From Orbicella franksi (taxonomy: Eukaryota), in the NCBI GenBank assembly GCA_964199315.1, contig OZ116698.1:6758001-6822000 (forward strand): 64,000 nucleotides of DNA, written 5' to 3'. Below are positions 24,148-38,799 of this stretch, piece by piece; within the stretch, counting starts at the first letter, position 1; each line of letters opens with the position of its first letter. The translations under genes and the position numbers were made by a program. Below the pieces are notes generated by a model. The model saw only the letters and a program-made list of their open reading frames with translations. It made no database searches and was not told the origin of the DNA.

Positions 24148-27100
24148 GTAAGAAGTGATAGCTCAGCGATAACAGACGGTGAATTGTAATTTAGCAGTAA
24201 TGCTATCTTCCCAGAAGTTGATATTTTCGATGACAGCATCTCGCTTGTTAATATGCTGCTTGTCGCAAACTAAGCGTCGAAGTGAAACCAATTTTTCATT
24301 CCCGGTTGACCTACCAATGTAAGACTTGTCATTTGAAAGTTCGCCGATAGCTTTGAAAGCTTTCTGATTTGATCTCGGAACGCGCAATAATCTCTTTGAA
24401 AGGACACGTTTGAGGCACCAAAACTTTATGGATATTTTCACGAGTTTTTCTGCTCCCAGTCCTAAAACCACATCATAATAAGTAACAAGATGGCGACACA
24501 CGGCCTTTTTGATTAAGCTGTGACTGAGGATTAATTAAACATGCATGGAAGTTTAATATTGTATGCATTTTCAATAACAACTAACTCCTGCGATTGGCTT
24601 GAGGGTTGCTCCTGTGTGGAATTTTCAGTCAAATAATTGCATTTAGAACGCTTTCTCTTGCAAAGAAAGGCCATTTATGGGCGTAAAAGTGCACGTTTTT
24701 GCGTGGCTTTCAATCTTATGTGTTTGCTTTTCAAGTAATCTATTTCTCTGACACTTCGCAGTCTGAATGGACGGGAATTTATTAAAAAACGCTGCGAGAA
24801 GACGTTTGCAATCATTTGAGCTATTCTAGTGTATCAGCAAGACGCATTTTAATTCTTTTTTTCTCCTATCAAACTTGTGTGATTAATAACACCGCTTTTA
24901 ACAGCACGAAATTGAAATTATCAACCAGCAGATATTAAAAATGTTAGATTATGGCGGCGGGGCGCTCCAAGCAATTGTGTACTTAAATAACAATGTTACG
25001 TTGATTAAAAATGTGTCGCTGCGTAAAAGAGAAGGTAATATTATATTCATTGCTAATGGAGGGACTAAGAAAAATATTTGCCAAGTTTTCAGTATGGTGA
25101 ATTACTTGTATATCGACTACAAAGGAAACATCCAGAATTCAAACAAAACAAGGAAAATAGCAAGATAAAACAACCATGCAGTAAATCCCGTATCGACTTT
25201 TGGTCGGGGCTCTACGAGCGATATAAACTCTGCCTTTGCACACTGTTTAGAAGCTGGCGATCATTAATTAAACTTTCGGCTAAGGTTTTAAAAGCAATGC
25301 TTTTACGGCTTAAAAGGGACTTATATTTGTTTTCACAGTTGTCGAAAGTTAAGTGCTGTATTTCAGATTAAAACACGTTGTTTTCAGAGCTAGTATAGTT
25401 TGCATTAATGTGCACTTAGCCTAAAAGCAAATCTACAGCGATCTTTATCTCGAAATGGTTCTTTTTCAAATGTGCTTTCAAACCTGCAATTCAGCTTTAT
25501 TTCCGGGCCTTCCGTGTACTAGATCTGTTCCGATTTTCTCCCAACTATATTCGATACATTTCCTGTCAGGTAGGTGCTGAGAATAAAACCAATAATCAAC
25601 TAAGATATGTTGCGTTGACCTCGTCACTCAGGGAACTAGTAGTAAAAAAAAAAAATTAAGATAGTCACCACGAAGGTACCTTGTGCTATGGGATAAGCGC
25701 GCCTTTTTTATGCGATAAGAAACTTTAATGCAAAAGAGAAAAAGCTTCCGTATTTTTAGTCAGGTTTAAGTCGCGAACCTCGCCAAGGAAATATTAAAAG
25801 AAATCCGCCCCTTTTATCGTATCCTGTTTCGAGAGAAGTGTTTAGTTGCAAAAAGTGCTGATTAATCCCAATTCGTTGGTGACTGTCAAAAGCCCGGCTA
25901 TATTTTCTTTATCGCAGGAAGCTTTTTATTAACAGACTGTGACGGCCAAACGCCGTTAACTAATAGTAAGTGAGAGGGTTGGCAACACGCTGTGCTAAAA
26001 GGGTATTAAGACAATATTCCATCCAGTGAAAAAACAAAGTTATTTGATTAGTTTTCGATATCTGTTTTATACGCCCACTTTGGGTTTCCTCGAGTTAGGT
26101 CCCGTGAAAGCTACCGGCTTTTAAGGTCGCCAACAAGGTGTACGAAATTATTTATTACCACTGATTTACAAGTTAACGGTGGAGCGGCCAAGCGTTGAAC
26201 ATGCTTGTACGAATCCACCGATGTCAAGGCAACGATGAATTACAACACAGCGTAGGTGTACAAACACGCTAGCAAGCGAGTTTCGTTTTGCTTTCACGGA
26301 ATCTCTGTGGAGAAAACAAACACCTCTTATCTAGTGATAAAATATTGTGATTGAAAGGAAAGTACAGTGATGGCGAAGTACTGGAATGGAACTTTCAGTT
26401 TCTCTTGGTTAAGACACCTCAGTTTACGATAAAGGGTTTACTGCAAGGGGCTTTGACGGGTGATACTAAAAGCCATAAGAAGTTTCAGCGGTTTAATTAA
26501 TATCTACTAGTTAAACAGAAAGCATGACCCACGCATAGGATGTGCTGAGACACTCATGCACGAAATGGTTACGTAAATATTGGGTCAATAAATATGCTAT
26601 GTTTAATATCGAAATTGAAAAAATACACGCCTTTTGACTGTGGTCGCTCGTGCGGATGTCAGTGAATATTTTTCCTCTAAACTAGCAGGTTTAACAGGTT
26701 TTACCTGCACAGAACAGAAAAATCTTTAAGCAGGACTTTGCTGCCATCAGAACACGAAATGTCAGCACAGGAGGTATCCCTCTATCAGTTGGGTCAAATT
26801 TCTGATTGAACTTTTAGGGATAAATTTAAGGGTATAACTGCGTGCGTGAGGTTTTGCCCAGGCAAGTTCAGCAAAATTGTTTTTATCCCAGATAAGATAG
26901 TCAGGGTTATTTTAGACGTGGTTTTCCTGTTCCTCAGAGATAAAAGTTCATTCCATTAAACCGTCAACTACAATTTTGCCATGGTACAATTTTAACAACA
27001 CAGACAAACTTCATAGTGTTACATTTCTTAGTTTTGTAAGGGCTCAACTGCGAATCTACAACAACTTGTCGGCAAATTAATTGGAAAATGCTATCTAGAA

Positions 27101-30100
27101 CGTTCCGTGTGATACTTGTCGTATCTCTTAATTCACCACGATACGGGAACGACTTAACTTGTCTGACGTTAATATTACACAGGTAGAACATGTTAGTTAT
27201 CGCACGATCGGGGAACAAACTCTTATCTACGGCAGAACTGGCTCTGACTGTACACTTCAGTTAGAGTTCGCGATAAAAAAAAAAAATTAAAATGCTGGAT
27301 TCAATGATAAGCCTTACAAGTGAGTTATGTTCGGTGTAAATACATGCAAGCAACCATCTGTGATGAAAATAAACAGGTTCCCTAATATTAATGCTTAGTT
27401 ATAAACAGAGCTTCAAAAATGTCTCAACTTGTAATTGCTACAAGAATACTAATTTCTGTTCTTTCACTTGCGATGTTTATGTGTTTTTGTGTTCATGAGA
27501 AGTGACCAAGCATTTCTGGCTTCGTGTCACGGCGTGGAGAATCCACCGTCTACGTTACACCAGTGAGACTAAATTAAACATGAATTCTTTCAGTCGCTTG
27601 TATTAAATTTGAAGAAGAAAATTCATCGTTTCCGAGCAGAAAGATATTGATTTAATTTATACTCGACTAAACTGGGAGAGTAGTTTGATAGATCAGCTCT
27701 TTTGAACGACAGTATCTGTAAAACAAAGGCAACTATTTATCATTCTAATTTCAGACAAATAAAACTGTATTGTTCAGTTGTATTTTTTTAGCGAAAAGTC
27801 GCATGGAGTCCCCAACGAGCGCACTGGTCGAATAGTTGCTTAAATTTTCTCAACAATAAACGGAACAATCTGCGAAACAAGAACACAATTTGAATTTTGA
27901 TATTTTCACTTAGCCTCTCCACGGCACGTTAGCACCTGTCGCGCACGTTGTGTAGCTTTTGTCCGCAGAGTGCTGTCGTGTTAAAAACATCAAATTATTT
28001 TGTCTATGCATAAGTAATCCAATGCTATTCTGTGTTTCATTAAAAGAGCTGAGTAATTTAACCGTGAAATCGTGCGCTATTGTTGGCTGGTGTGCGGTGC
28101 GCACTTTCAATTCGTCGCAGCATTAACGAGTGTTTTTCTCTTCGTTTTAATTGATCAAAATGTGTAAGAAACTTGTGAAGAAAACCGATTAGCCTTTTTC
28201 GATGAAACTCATCACTTTTGCATCCTTCTTGCTCAAGACATCTAAAACGACGCGTTACAATGCCAAGTCTGTCGGACTAATGGTTGTTCCAGAGCTAACG
28301 ACCCACGCGCGATTTGGCGTCCTTAAGCTGTGTTCTTCTGTTATCTAGAAAGCTTTACGACTGTAAGAACTGATAATGCGTCGGTTTGACAGTTTTGACG
28401 AGGAAATCAATCAAGTTCGTGACGTTATTCTTATACTTCGCCAAGCTTTTTACATTAATCACGTGACCTTCTCCTCCTAAGACATAGAAAGAGAAAGGGC
28501 GCTTTGGCAGTTTGTTTGCCTGATATAAAATAGCTAAATGGCAAGGCTTGCCTTAAAAGCTTGGCTTGTATCGCAAAGCTATTGTAAAGCAGCAGTAAAC
28601 ACACATTGACAATAGCGTGTGCGAAACGTTTCTTTCATGTACAAAAGTACAGATCTAACGACTTAGCAACAGTGACGTCTACACCCTGTGATCAGCGTAC
28701 ATGAAGTAAAGAGTGCATATTTGACAATTCCTTTGATTTTCACACCTACGGCCTACGGCGTATTCTTTGGTATTTGATGATATGAGGAAATTGTTAAGTT
28801 ACAGCTTCAGTATATTTTTAAGAAGGTCCCAGTGGTTAAACAAAGTTTCCCAGCGTTGCTTTGTTGTCTGGCGAGTGATCGAGTTGTTTTCCCTTCTGGC
28901 TCTCTGGAATTTATTCATAGGCGTTCCTGACTTTTGTTCGCATTATGTTGTAGAGACTATGCATGTTTTTAGGTGTTGAACAAAACGGTAACCTCTTTGA
29001 TAGCAAGCTAGTTTTGGACAGAGCTGAGTTCGATAAGCTGTAGAAGAGTCGCTTTTGAAACTAGTAATTTCAATAAGGTTTCTTCTAATCCGTTTTGTCT
29101 TATTTATAAATGTAGCGAGGTCTATTTTTATCCCTAATTTCTTCAGAGGCTGTCAATTATTTGAGCATTTCATCGAACTTTGCATATGAAAAGCCGAAAC
29201 CGCAAACTCGCATGAAGTCGAAAAAAATGTCAGCATGAAAGTGGAATCGCGCCTGTACGTGATTAAATCAGACAAAAAAGTCTGCTTGTTTAAAGAAACA
29301 TAAAATGTTCTTTAATCATTGGACTCTTTTATCGGGAGAACATTTTGGGTATACTCAAGTCTCGGGGTTTCCAGGAGGCCTTGGAAACGTGGATAAGCTT
29401 TAATGACTGTGTCTTCAACTTGTAGATATCATTTCTGTTATAACCCATAAATTTCATCAAAAAACTGAGAAATATATTTGCAGATCAAACTACCGAAAAC
29501 TGGTACTACTCTGCATATGGCATCTGTACTGTGGCATATGTTTGCGCCCTTAGCTGGACAGCCTTAACAGCTATATATTCTAGACAGCTAACAATGTAAA
29601 ATGCCAGTAAAACGCAGATTATATATGTGAAAACAAAAGTGCAGTTGAGCTAACATTCCCAAGTAGAGAACAGTGTTACAAGTTAGCTGTCAAAGAGGAC
29701 ATGCGTTGAGTGCGTCTGAAACCCATTCAGGGTCAGTTTGTTAAGATGGAATTTACTCAGTGGCGGACATTTTGTCTGAATCATTTGCCGGCAAGTTGTC
29801 TTAAGACTCCACTCAGCTGAACGATCTCACGATAACAAAATAGACTTTCGTTACAGTGGAACTGTAATAAAACTGAGAATTTGCGAGAGGTTTCCCGCTA
29901 AACTCTTGGCTGAGGATAGTTAAGCTTGTGAAACGATCTTGGTGTGAAAAAAGCGGGCATGAAATGTACTCGTCAGTGTTTTCTTCATGAGCTAATGCAT
30001 TTATCATGTGATTTTTCTGAATAAAACTTGTGGATTTGCGTGATGTTGTAAAAAAATATTCCCAAGGAAGCTATCAATTAAAAACCACTGAATTGGTTTT

Positions 30101-33100
30101 CTATAACGTGATTCAAATTTCGATTCTTCTTTTTTGTTACAACTTTGCACGTAAAAACTCACAGCTTAACTGGCGAAACACGTTTCTTTTTTTTAACGAC
30201 GAAAATATGTTAATTGAATATGCCTCAAATAGTCAAGATCGTTTTATTTCTAGACTCGCCTACAGTGAAATATTTTTCGTGCTTTTAAGAAACAGCTGCT
30301 TTCTGGCTGATGAGCCGGCTTGCTAAAATATCTAAACATGGTTTCAAAGAGATCAGCCTGACCAGGTGTTCAGTGAATGTCAGTCAAAAATATAAAAGCT
30401 ATAACCTGCTTTCTAAACTAAGGAGAACTTAACCACCTCAGGGTTGGTAGCCGCTAGACGAGCCAAGAGACGAATATTCTGCGTAATTCAACCCAAGAGC
30501 GCCCTTAACAAAATGATCTAAGAGCCCTCTTTCGCTCCTAACGAGTGTAGATTATAGGAATTCTATAACAAAAGAAAAGCCATTGGTTAAAAAAGCCATG
30601 ACTAGTGATATCTGCTGGCAGTGCCATATGTTCTGGCGGGAAATCGATGCGGTCGGCGGCCTATCCGACTAAAGTGCGCCAACCTTGTTCGCGAAATGAT
30701 CCGATATATCATACGCTTGGCGCCTGAAGCAATGCTGAAAACACACAAACATGTGTTAAAAGCAGATGAAAACAGCTGAAAAGAAGCAGCACGTCTCCAG
30801 ACACAGACATTTTGGTATCCACTGCCTGTGGGCATTGTTTGCCGGTTAATAACACTTGCGATCTTGTGATACACACATATATATATCTACAGGTTGTTAA
30901 TTATAGACTGTTGGCTCCGGTAATAGTCTCAGTATATATAGCACTACACTTTAAGAGTGCTGACTAGTTCGTTCAACGATTCTAAACGGTCTAATACAAT
31001 ATGGAGATGATGGACAAGAAAGAAGACAACGGAAGATCTTGTGAAGATTCAGTGCAAGAGGTAACGAATAACAAAGACGTGCTATGTCAAAATGCCAAAG
31101 AAGGTGAGTATAGCCACTGGCAAGCCAAACCATGTGTTGTACATGCGAAGCAAAATGTCTAAATATCTAACGTGGGTGGTTTGAGCTCAAGATCAGCGAG
31201 CCTTAAAAACTTTTAGAAATAATTGCAATAAAAAGGCAAATCAGCTTTACTCGAGATTACTAACATCGACCACAAACCAGTCACTGTGTTTATTGAAAAA
31301 TTTACAAATAACTCCTGCTTCACTAAATAAGTCGTCAGCTACTGAATTGAAACAGTATCAAGAATGCGCTGAATACCTTCATAAGCACGCGCTCTATATT
31401 ATACAACAGCTTTCTGTAAATTTTTTTTTTTTTAGTATGAGGGTTTAATTCTCGAAGAATTGACACAGCTTGAAAATTACCCTGCACACGACAAACCTGT
31501 CTTTTCACATAGCTTTTGTAAATAAGATCAGGAATACCTGACTAAGATAAGATAATGAGAAATCCAGTTATCTCGGAAGAACAGTCAGCCACAAGTAAGT
31601 CATGAGATAGCGAAGAAAAATCTAAAAGCGTTTTAACAGCGAAATTTATGTTTTGTAGCACTGTATAATTCTGTTTTTTGTGCCCTTGGCCTCGCGGAGC
31701 AGAAATTAATTAACTCCCAAGGCGGTAATACAATAAACATGTCAGGTCTGGTACGATATTTTGTGTCAATGACAACAAATAAATTCTTCTCACTTCTATA
31801 CAGAAATGAATAAGATTACAAAAAAATGAATTTCATTTGCAACAGTTCGATCAAAGCTGAATTAGGGAGAATCAGTGGAAAGTGTTTCGGAATTGCGCAT
31901 GCCCCATTGCATGCTAGTAGATGTTTTTGGCGCGTTGAGAGTAAATATTTGAGTGGGAAGTCTCTAAGCAACCGCTATTCACGAGGCAGTTTAGAGATAG
32001 GTAAATAATTTAACATTCAAACTGACAAAATTAAGTCTGTTCCTCGTCGGTTTGTGTGAAACTCCGGTTTATGTTGAGGTTCTACTCGACATCTGGGATG
32101 GGATCGCAGGTAGCGCCGTAAAATTTTGTCAGTAGTCAACGTCTTGCATGGTGAAAGGGAGAAAAGAAGTCTTGCTCCAAAGGCCTAAGATCTTTAGTCC
32201 AACGCGAAACCTGCAAAACCATTAAGCAACTGAGTCTTCCATGTGATGAGTGTTCAATATCGACTCCGTTCGCCTTATTGTCAAGTTAACTGGTGACCAG
32301 ATGGAGGAAAACCATTAACTACGAGACATTGTCTTGATGTGCCATTAAATTCACAACGTTGCGATAAAAATAAATATACTAGTAAGGCAATTTCGAGACA
32401 AAATGATGAGTATCTGACGATTCCTGAAAATGAAAACCAAAAAACACAGCATAAAGATAACAATAAAAAAAGCAAAACTGCAGAGATACGGAACTCATCT
32501 GAAAGGCGGTGTCTCTCCAACAATCCTGTCTGTCTTTCTTTATTTTCGTGTAGTCTTTTAGCTCTTTCATTCAAGTGGCTTTTTTAAGAGCACATGTGAA
32601 ATGACAAATGTTACTGGTGGTTAGTTTATTCTTTCTTCAAATTACTAGTATAAGGAAATAGTCGAAAAAAAATCCCTCATCTCTGTCAGTCGTAAATTAA
32701 ATTCATACTTCATTAGCAGGAAACTAATTGACGGAACTCAACTCAAGTGATAGCCACATTTGTTTTCGCTAAAAATGTTTTTATTGCGGATCAATATTTT
32801 TACGAGCCCTTAAAGGTCATTTTCGTCTACATCACAGATTGTATTCTTGATTCCTTATATTCACTAGCCAGGAAAAAATTTAACGCATTTCCGGTACCAA
32901 AATGACCTACTTTAAAACGCCAGATTAAAAGATATATCTATATATTCAAATATTTTTAACTATGTGAATGTACCGCCAGAAAAATGCAATAATAATTTAC
33001 ACCAAGCTCGAGACGACAAATCTCCTCTCTATAAAGCCACCGGAGGTTTATTTGTTTTCGAGTACAGGGAAGCGGCGGGAGGGGGTAGGGGTTGAAAGGG

Positions 33101-36100
33101 GGCGACGCCTATTCCAAATAATTGATAGACTTATGGATATCTATAACAACAAAACAGAGGTTGGGTTGGCCGTCTGGGGAAGAAACAGGGGGTGGGGTGT
33201 AAAGAGAAACGATACTTTAAGGTTGAAGTTCACGTCGGGTATACTCCAAAACCGTCCAAGTAACGATAGCATTAAAGTTCCAAGCCCTTCAAGCCTTGAT
33301 GCCAAGATAGAAATTCTCCTTTGGTGTTTTCACACCTCTTAACAGCACGAGTTGAGAGAATTTAGCAATGTTTCGTTGCATCGTGTCTTTAATTTGAATT
33401 ACCCGGATGACTGGTGCTGTATGTTGACGTTTTGAGGGAAAAAAATAAATTATAAAGTAAAATAATGTAAATAACTTTTGAACAGTGAGGTCTGGATCGC
33501 CAGCAGCTGTGATGTTAAAATTCAATTTTAAACACATTTCTTTGTCTGGTAGCCTGATTAAAAAAGACACAAGTGAGGTATTCAGTTCGATTCACGTGTG
33601 TTTATTGTTGGTTTAATCCTCATCGTTTATTTTTTCACCGAGGGTTTCGACTCTATCAACCCATTTCGATTGTTCGCCTTGTTTGAACTGAAATAAATAA
33701 AAGAGAGAGTTTGTTCAACATTGTAAAAGTTGTACAGTCAGTGTCAAAAACCAAATAATGGTCTTTTTTTGGCGACTTGACGTTTACTTACAGGGTTTTT
33801 ACCTGGTAACTTTTTAAACGTTCTTTAGATACACGACATTTCCTTAATGGAACCTTCCTCCATTCAACTTACTTTCGCCAACAACAAAAAAAATATATAA
33901 GACGAGCAGGTTAAGAAATATATGCAATATATTTTTTTTACTTTCAGCAAGAAATAGCTCGTAATCATTTTGTTAGGTAAAAGCTATTATCTTTATTGTT
34001 TGTCTTCCATGTCAGTTTTGTAAAAGCTATTCGAGCGTCCAAAAATAGGACACAAAAAACAACGTGTCCTTTTTTTTACCCAAGGTCTCTTGTTATAAAT
34101 AACGGAGTTTTGTTAATTAGTGCTTGCAGAATATACTAGTTTAAATTACTAAGGGCAATGCGGAACTTTTCCTAATGGATACTTAATTAAAACTGGGGAA
34201 TATATTTTTTGTTCAAAACTTCATTGACTGTCCTTGCATGTGAGGTACTTTACTTTTGTCGCCGCGTTCAATATGTCTCGTCAGTCCCGTATATGTTACC
34301 TTCAGCTTACGATTGCCGTGAAAATTTATTTGACACAACACAAACTAGCACCTTAGTCTTGGCCTAGGCCGTCAACATATACGCTATTTACAGCTGTGTT
34401 GTCCTTTTGGCTAATTTGCATGCAAATAATGCCTTGAGAACGAATATCACGGGCGAGTTGTTAATTAATAGAGGTTTTAAGTGCCATGTGTAGGGCAGGC
34501 AGTCGACATGTCATCAAACCAGTTTGCAATTGAAGTGTCTCAAAACGCCTTTTAATGGCCAATGAATAAGAATAAGCCAGCTTGTGTCGTTGGCGCCATT
34601 TTGATATCGCCGATCTCGTGTGCGCTTTGTGTCCCAACGTGCGCTCCACTGAATTGGAGAGAGTTTCCTTTCGTCGTTGACACAAGTTTCACAAAGTAAC
34701 GAAAGTCGACTCTCAGCGACATGGACGATCTACATGACTTCGCAGAAGGTAAACTTTGAAATTACATTAACTTGGCTAGAAAAGCGAGATATTAGAACGA
34801 ATCACTACGGCCGAATTAGATAAGCTTAGAGCTGCTATTATGTGGCAAGCCATGACTTAATATCAACACAATCGTAAAGCGCCATCTATACTTCTTCTTT
34901 CTTTTATTTGTATCAATCACTCGTTTATAAAATTGAAAAAGAAACAAAACGCTAAATGCGGCTTTCTTTACAGATGCTATAAAGATCCTATTAAGTTTCG
35001 AATCATAACTTTTCACAACCGACACAACATTAAAGGCTTATTAGTGTCAGCGACTGAATCGAAAGAGGCCACTTTGAACACAAGTCAGGCTAGAAACCGC
35101 GGCAATTTTCGCGAACGGTTTAGGTGCATCAAGTTCCTAAAGAGGTTTTGGTTGAGCTGTCATAGTGACTGAAAAATACTCCAGTCTTCGGAATTTTACG
35201 CATTAAAAAATAACGCAATACGCCTTATCGTCCTCTAAATACGGCACGAGAAAGACCGCACTCAAAAACCAATCAACAAGATCGAAGACTCTCGATCACC
35301 CGTTGTTAATGGCAACCTGCTTGATTTTCTGGGCCGATGAAGCTATAGCGCGGGTTTTACCCAGAATTAGCAGCACTTTTGATATAAGTTTTTGCGGCAG
35401 CGGTTGTACTGGAAAGGCATATCAGTTTTTTCGTCAAGCCCAAACCGGAGTGCTATATCACCTTGTCAGTTAGCCAAGCCATTAACTCAAGATCCATTAG
35501 GGCGGCAAAATTTCAAGTTAATTGGACAAGCATCAGCCTTAGGGGCACCACATTTATTTTCTTTGACGTACGTAGCCGCCATAATGGGGCTTTTAACACC
35601 AGAAAGTATACACTTCAGAGAAAATTGCTCGCAAGATCCTCAAGGGCCCTTGGCATCAGTTTTGACGTCCACAATGTAGTGTATCTTGTCGCCACGTTTT
35701 CTCATTGGCTAATACCCGCGAACAAAGAACGTTAACAAAACAACTATCATTAATGTGTTACTGCTAGTTAAGCGACGGATATCGCGGCAGAGTGTTGTAT
35801 ATATTTTATCAGGAAAATTTAGTTTTCGCTTTAGCGACCCTCGGCCCTTTTCAATTCAACAAGAAATATCTTGAAATCATGTTTAGCAGATTTCAGTGAA
35901 GACTGGAAACTCAAAATGTAGGTGGAACTGTTTAAGTGTCAAAAGACGGTGAAACAGGCACTTTTTATTTTAACAGAGCGCTTTGATCTCGTAATACCAG
36001 AAAAACTATTTCTGGACCGATGTTTTTCCCTCAGTTGGAAAGAAAAGTAAGGGTGCCCTCCATTAACTTGCAGATACACTAAAAGCTTTTCTTAGCGCGT

Positions 36101-38518
36101 TTTACGTCGAGGTAATTTTTCACGTGCACTCTAATTGACTTTTCATTATACCTTTCGGCTATTTGAAGGCAAAAATTCCCTAGGATGTCAGCATGCGATT
36201 AAATTTCTCTAATGGAAAACGAAACAATGAGAGTCCATTATACTTAGCCATACCGCACTCACCAAAGTCAGAACATCTATTAGCCAATAATTACAGAAAC
36301 TTCAGATTTTGACCAATCACACGCCTTCAACGGACAATTAGTTTTCCCTATTTGCTCTGGCAATAAAGATGGTATTTACACTTTCTAAAGACTTAATTAT
36401 TTATGTAAATACTACTTGCTTGGCGCAAACGAGCCAAGAGTCGCCAGAGAGCTTTGCCGAGCTAAGCTGTATCTAGGCAAAAATTGAGTGAATATTAAAC
36501 CCACGCTGGAGGCCATGTTAATGTCTTCCGTGCCTTCATGTTCACAGAGAGGTCCTGGATTAGCATTGCTGATGATGTTATAGGCACGTGCCGTGGATTT
36601 CATTGTTTATACAAGAATTCAATTAAAATTTCGACGCAGTTGGAAGTTCACGACACCCGTAGAGTTATTTACAAAGCGAAAAATCTATCGATTTTTACTC
36701 CTCTTAGAGGCCATCTAGCCTCTTGTTAAAGGTAGCAAGGACTTAAAATCACTCTTTCAATCTCCGGAATGAAAATGGAAAAAATACCTTAAAAACGTTT
36801 AATAACGGGACAAGATTAAAAGCGTTATGACTGGCCATCGGCGCCAGTGTTTTTTCCTGTTTAAACTGAAAGCTATAGACAGTTTTGAATCTATAATTCG
36901 GGAAGTGAACAATTCCACTCATGGATGTAGTGAGGTATTAAAGTTTTAGCTCAAAGGAATTCGAAGATTACGGAATTAAAGTACAAATCGCAGGAACGGC
37001 TGACTTAAGCTAAGTTAATTTACAATGCTTTTGTTTTCACAGTTGTCTGAAAAGCACTTGTGTACGTCCTAATTGCCGAGGCGTTCGCCTAAACTCAAGT
37101 TTTTAATTTATAAAGCACTAGTCCGGATGATCCTAGAGCTTAAATAAGCGGGCTGGCTGAGGAACAGTCATCTATAGACCGCGATATAAAACACACACAC
37201 AAGGAGTGAGGGTAAAGACCGTCACTTGGTGACAAGTATAGAGAGAATACGACAAGACAAGCATTGTCCCGCCTTATGTAAACTTCGGGTTGTCCGATAA
37301 ATTACACAAATGAACCCGTGGGAAACTGCCACAGTCAACTGTAGCAACATGAAAGAAGGAAGGAAGGAATAAGGACGATAACTGATCAGGAACTGCAATG
37401 ATAAGTAGTCTAGCTTGACATGGAAGTCGCGAAAATTGACTGCCAAATGAAGTACGGCCAAATGTAAAACGGAACACAAAACACATTTGGCCAAGCCATC
37501 AATTTGAATGAAATGATGACAATAAAAAGGCTAACACGTCTAGCTGTGTCTACCAACGCGGTCCAAAAATTTAATAACTCGGACCAAGGAACCCTGATGC
37601 GTTCGGCTTTTTGTGAAAGATACGTCTCTAGTCTCTGTCCCGCCGCTAGCAATTTATTGCTATAACCATGACAAGCCAATTTGCTATTTATCTTATCTGC
37701 CACAAGAACATGTGGCAACTACCTGGTGTCGTTCCGAGTCGTGTAAAATCCGATCTTGCGTCTTCAAATACCGTAATTTCGAGAGCAAAGCAGGAGAAGT
37801 TTTCGCACGACAAGCTTGAAAATTAATGTGGTTCTGTTTACGCGCATGCGTACGAATCGGCTATTTAACTCAGCTAAAACGCAATAATGGGTTCTTCAGA
37901 GCGAGCAAACATTTCAATTGCTTTTATAATTAGGCAACGCATCATATTAGTGGTAATGAATAGCACCATGATTCCTTCGGGCTATATTGGTTCACGTCTC
38001 CGCAATTCGCTGGAGTGCTGCGTATTAACCTGTGATTGGTCGAGCCGACGTTGTTTAATTTACCTTTAGACAGATGTTCGGTGGGTTATTCGTTGTCAGT
38101 TTGTTAATTGCATTCCGTTTACTTGCAATTGTATTCGTAACAAATGACCCTTTCAAGTGATTCGGGACTTAAATAAATTGCCTGCCTGGAGAAGAATGGA
38201 AAGATCTATTTGGGTATTCCTTTTGCGACATCTGATCTGGGCTGCGTCGTTTTCGCGAATTTCTTGTCTGATATATCTAGATCTTATTTTCAACGGAATT
38301 GTCAGCAGGGAGCGCCATAAACAAGGAAAAATTTCATTACTTTCTCGCCACGTTCCCACTAACAAGTGCTTCCCCACAAAAAAGCCACAAGAGCTATAAT
38401 TGCTAGGGCTCACGTGACTTAATTAAACTTCGAAGGCTAAAGCGTATCGGCTTAGTAATTACTGCAAGCGATACACGGGGTGTAGAGATGACTTAACTGC
38501 TGTCTTATTAAAAGAAGC

Positions 38519-38537
38519 AGCCAATCAGGGGCGGTTT
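38519..38537 (+). promoter_or_regulatory. CCAAT box plus GC box upstream of the proximal LMO4 first exon
   Basis: AGCCAATCAGGGGCGG about 270 nt upstream of ATG 38800, in a CpG-rich stretch. Confidence 0.5.
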
Positions 38538-38799
38538 CATCGTGCGCGTAATGGCAACATCTCTTAGTTGATGACAACTAATTGTGTCCTGGTCATTTAG
38601 GGTTTGAAGCTGATTTGATGTGGAATTGATTAGGCTTAATTCCCTGTCATATGATGAATGTTTTGAATAACGTACACTGTTACCCGAGTTGTTTTAACAA
38701 ACAACGACCCCTGCCTAATTCGGACTCAGTGTCACAAAGGCTAACAGCGCGACCGCACGAGTAAAGGAAAGCCTGCTGAAATTTCCGCCGCAAAATAAA

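Noticed and set aside
24163-24501. 112-aa minus-strand ORF
   Set aside because: No recognisable motif or splice context; antisense within the putative LMO4 intron.
37183-37216. Additional LMO4 alternative first exon (TATA-like GATATAAAA plus GAGG|GTAAAG)
   Set aside because: No in-phase ATG and no supporting acceptor pattern; such motifs occur by chance.
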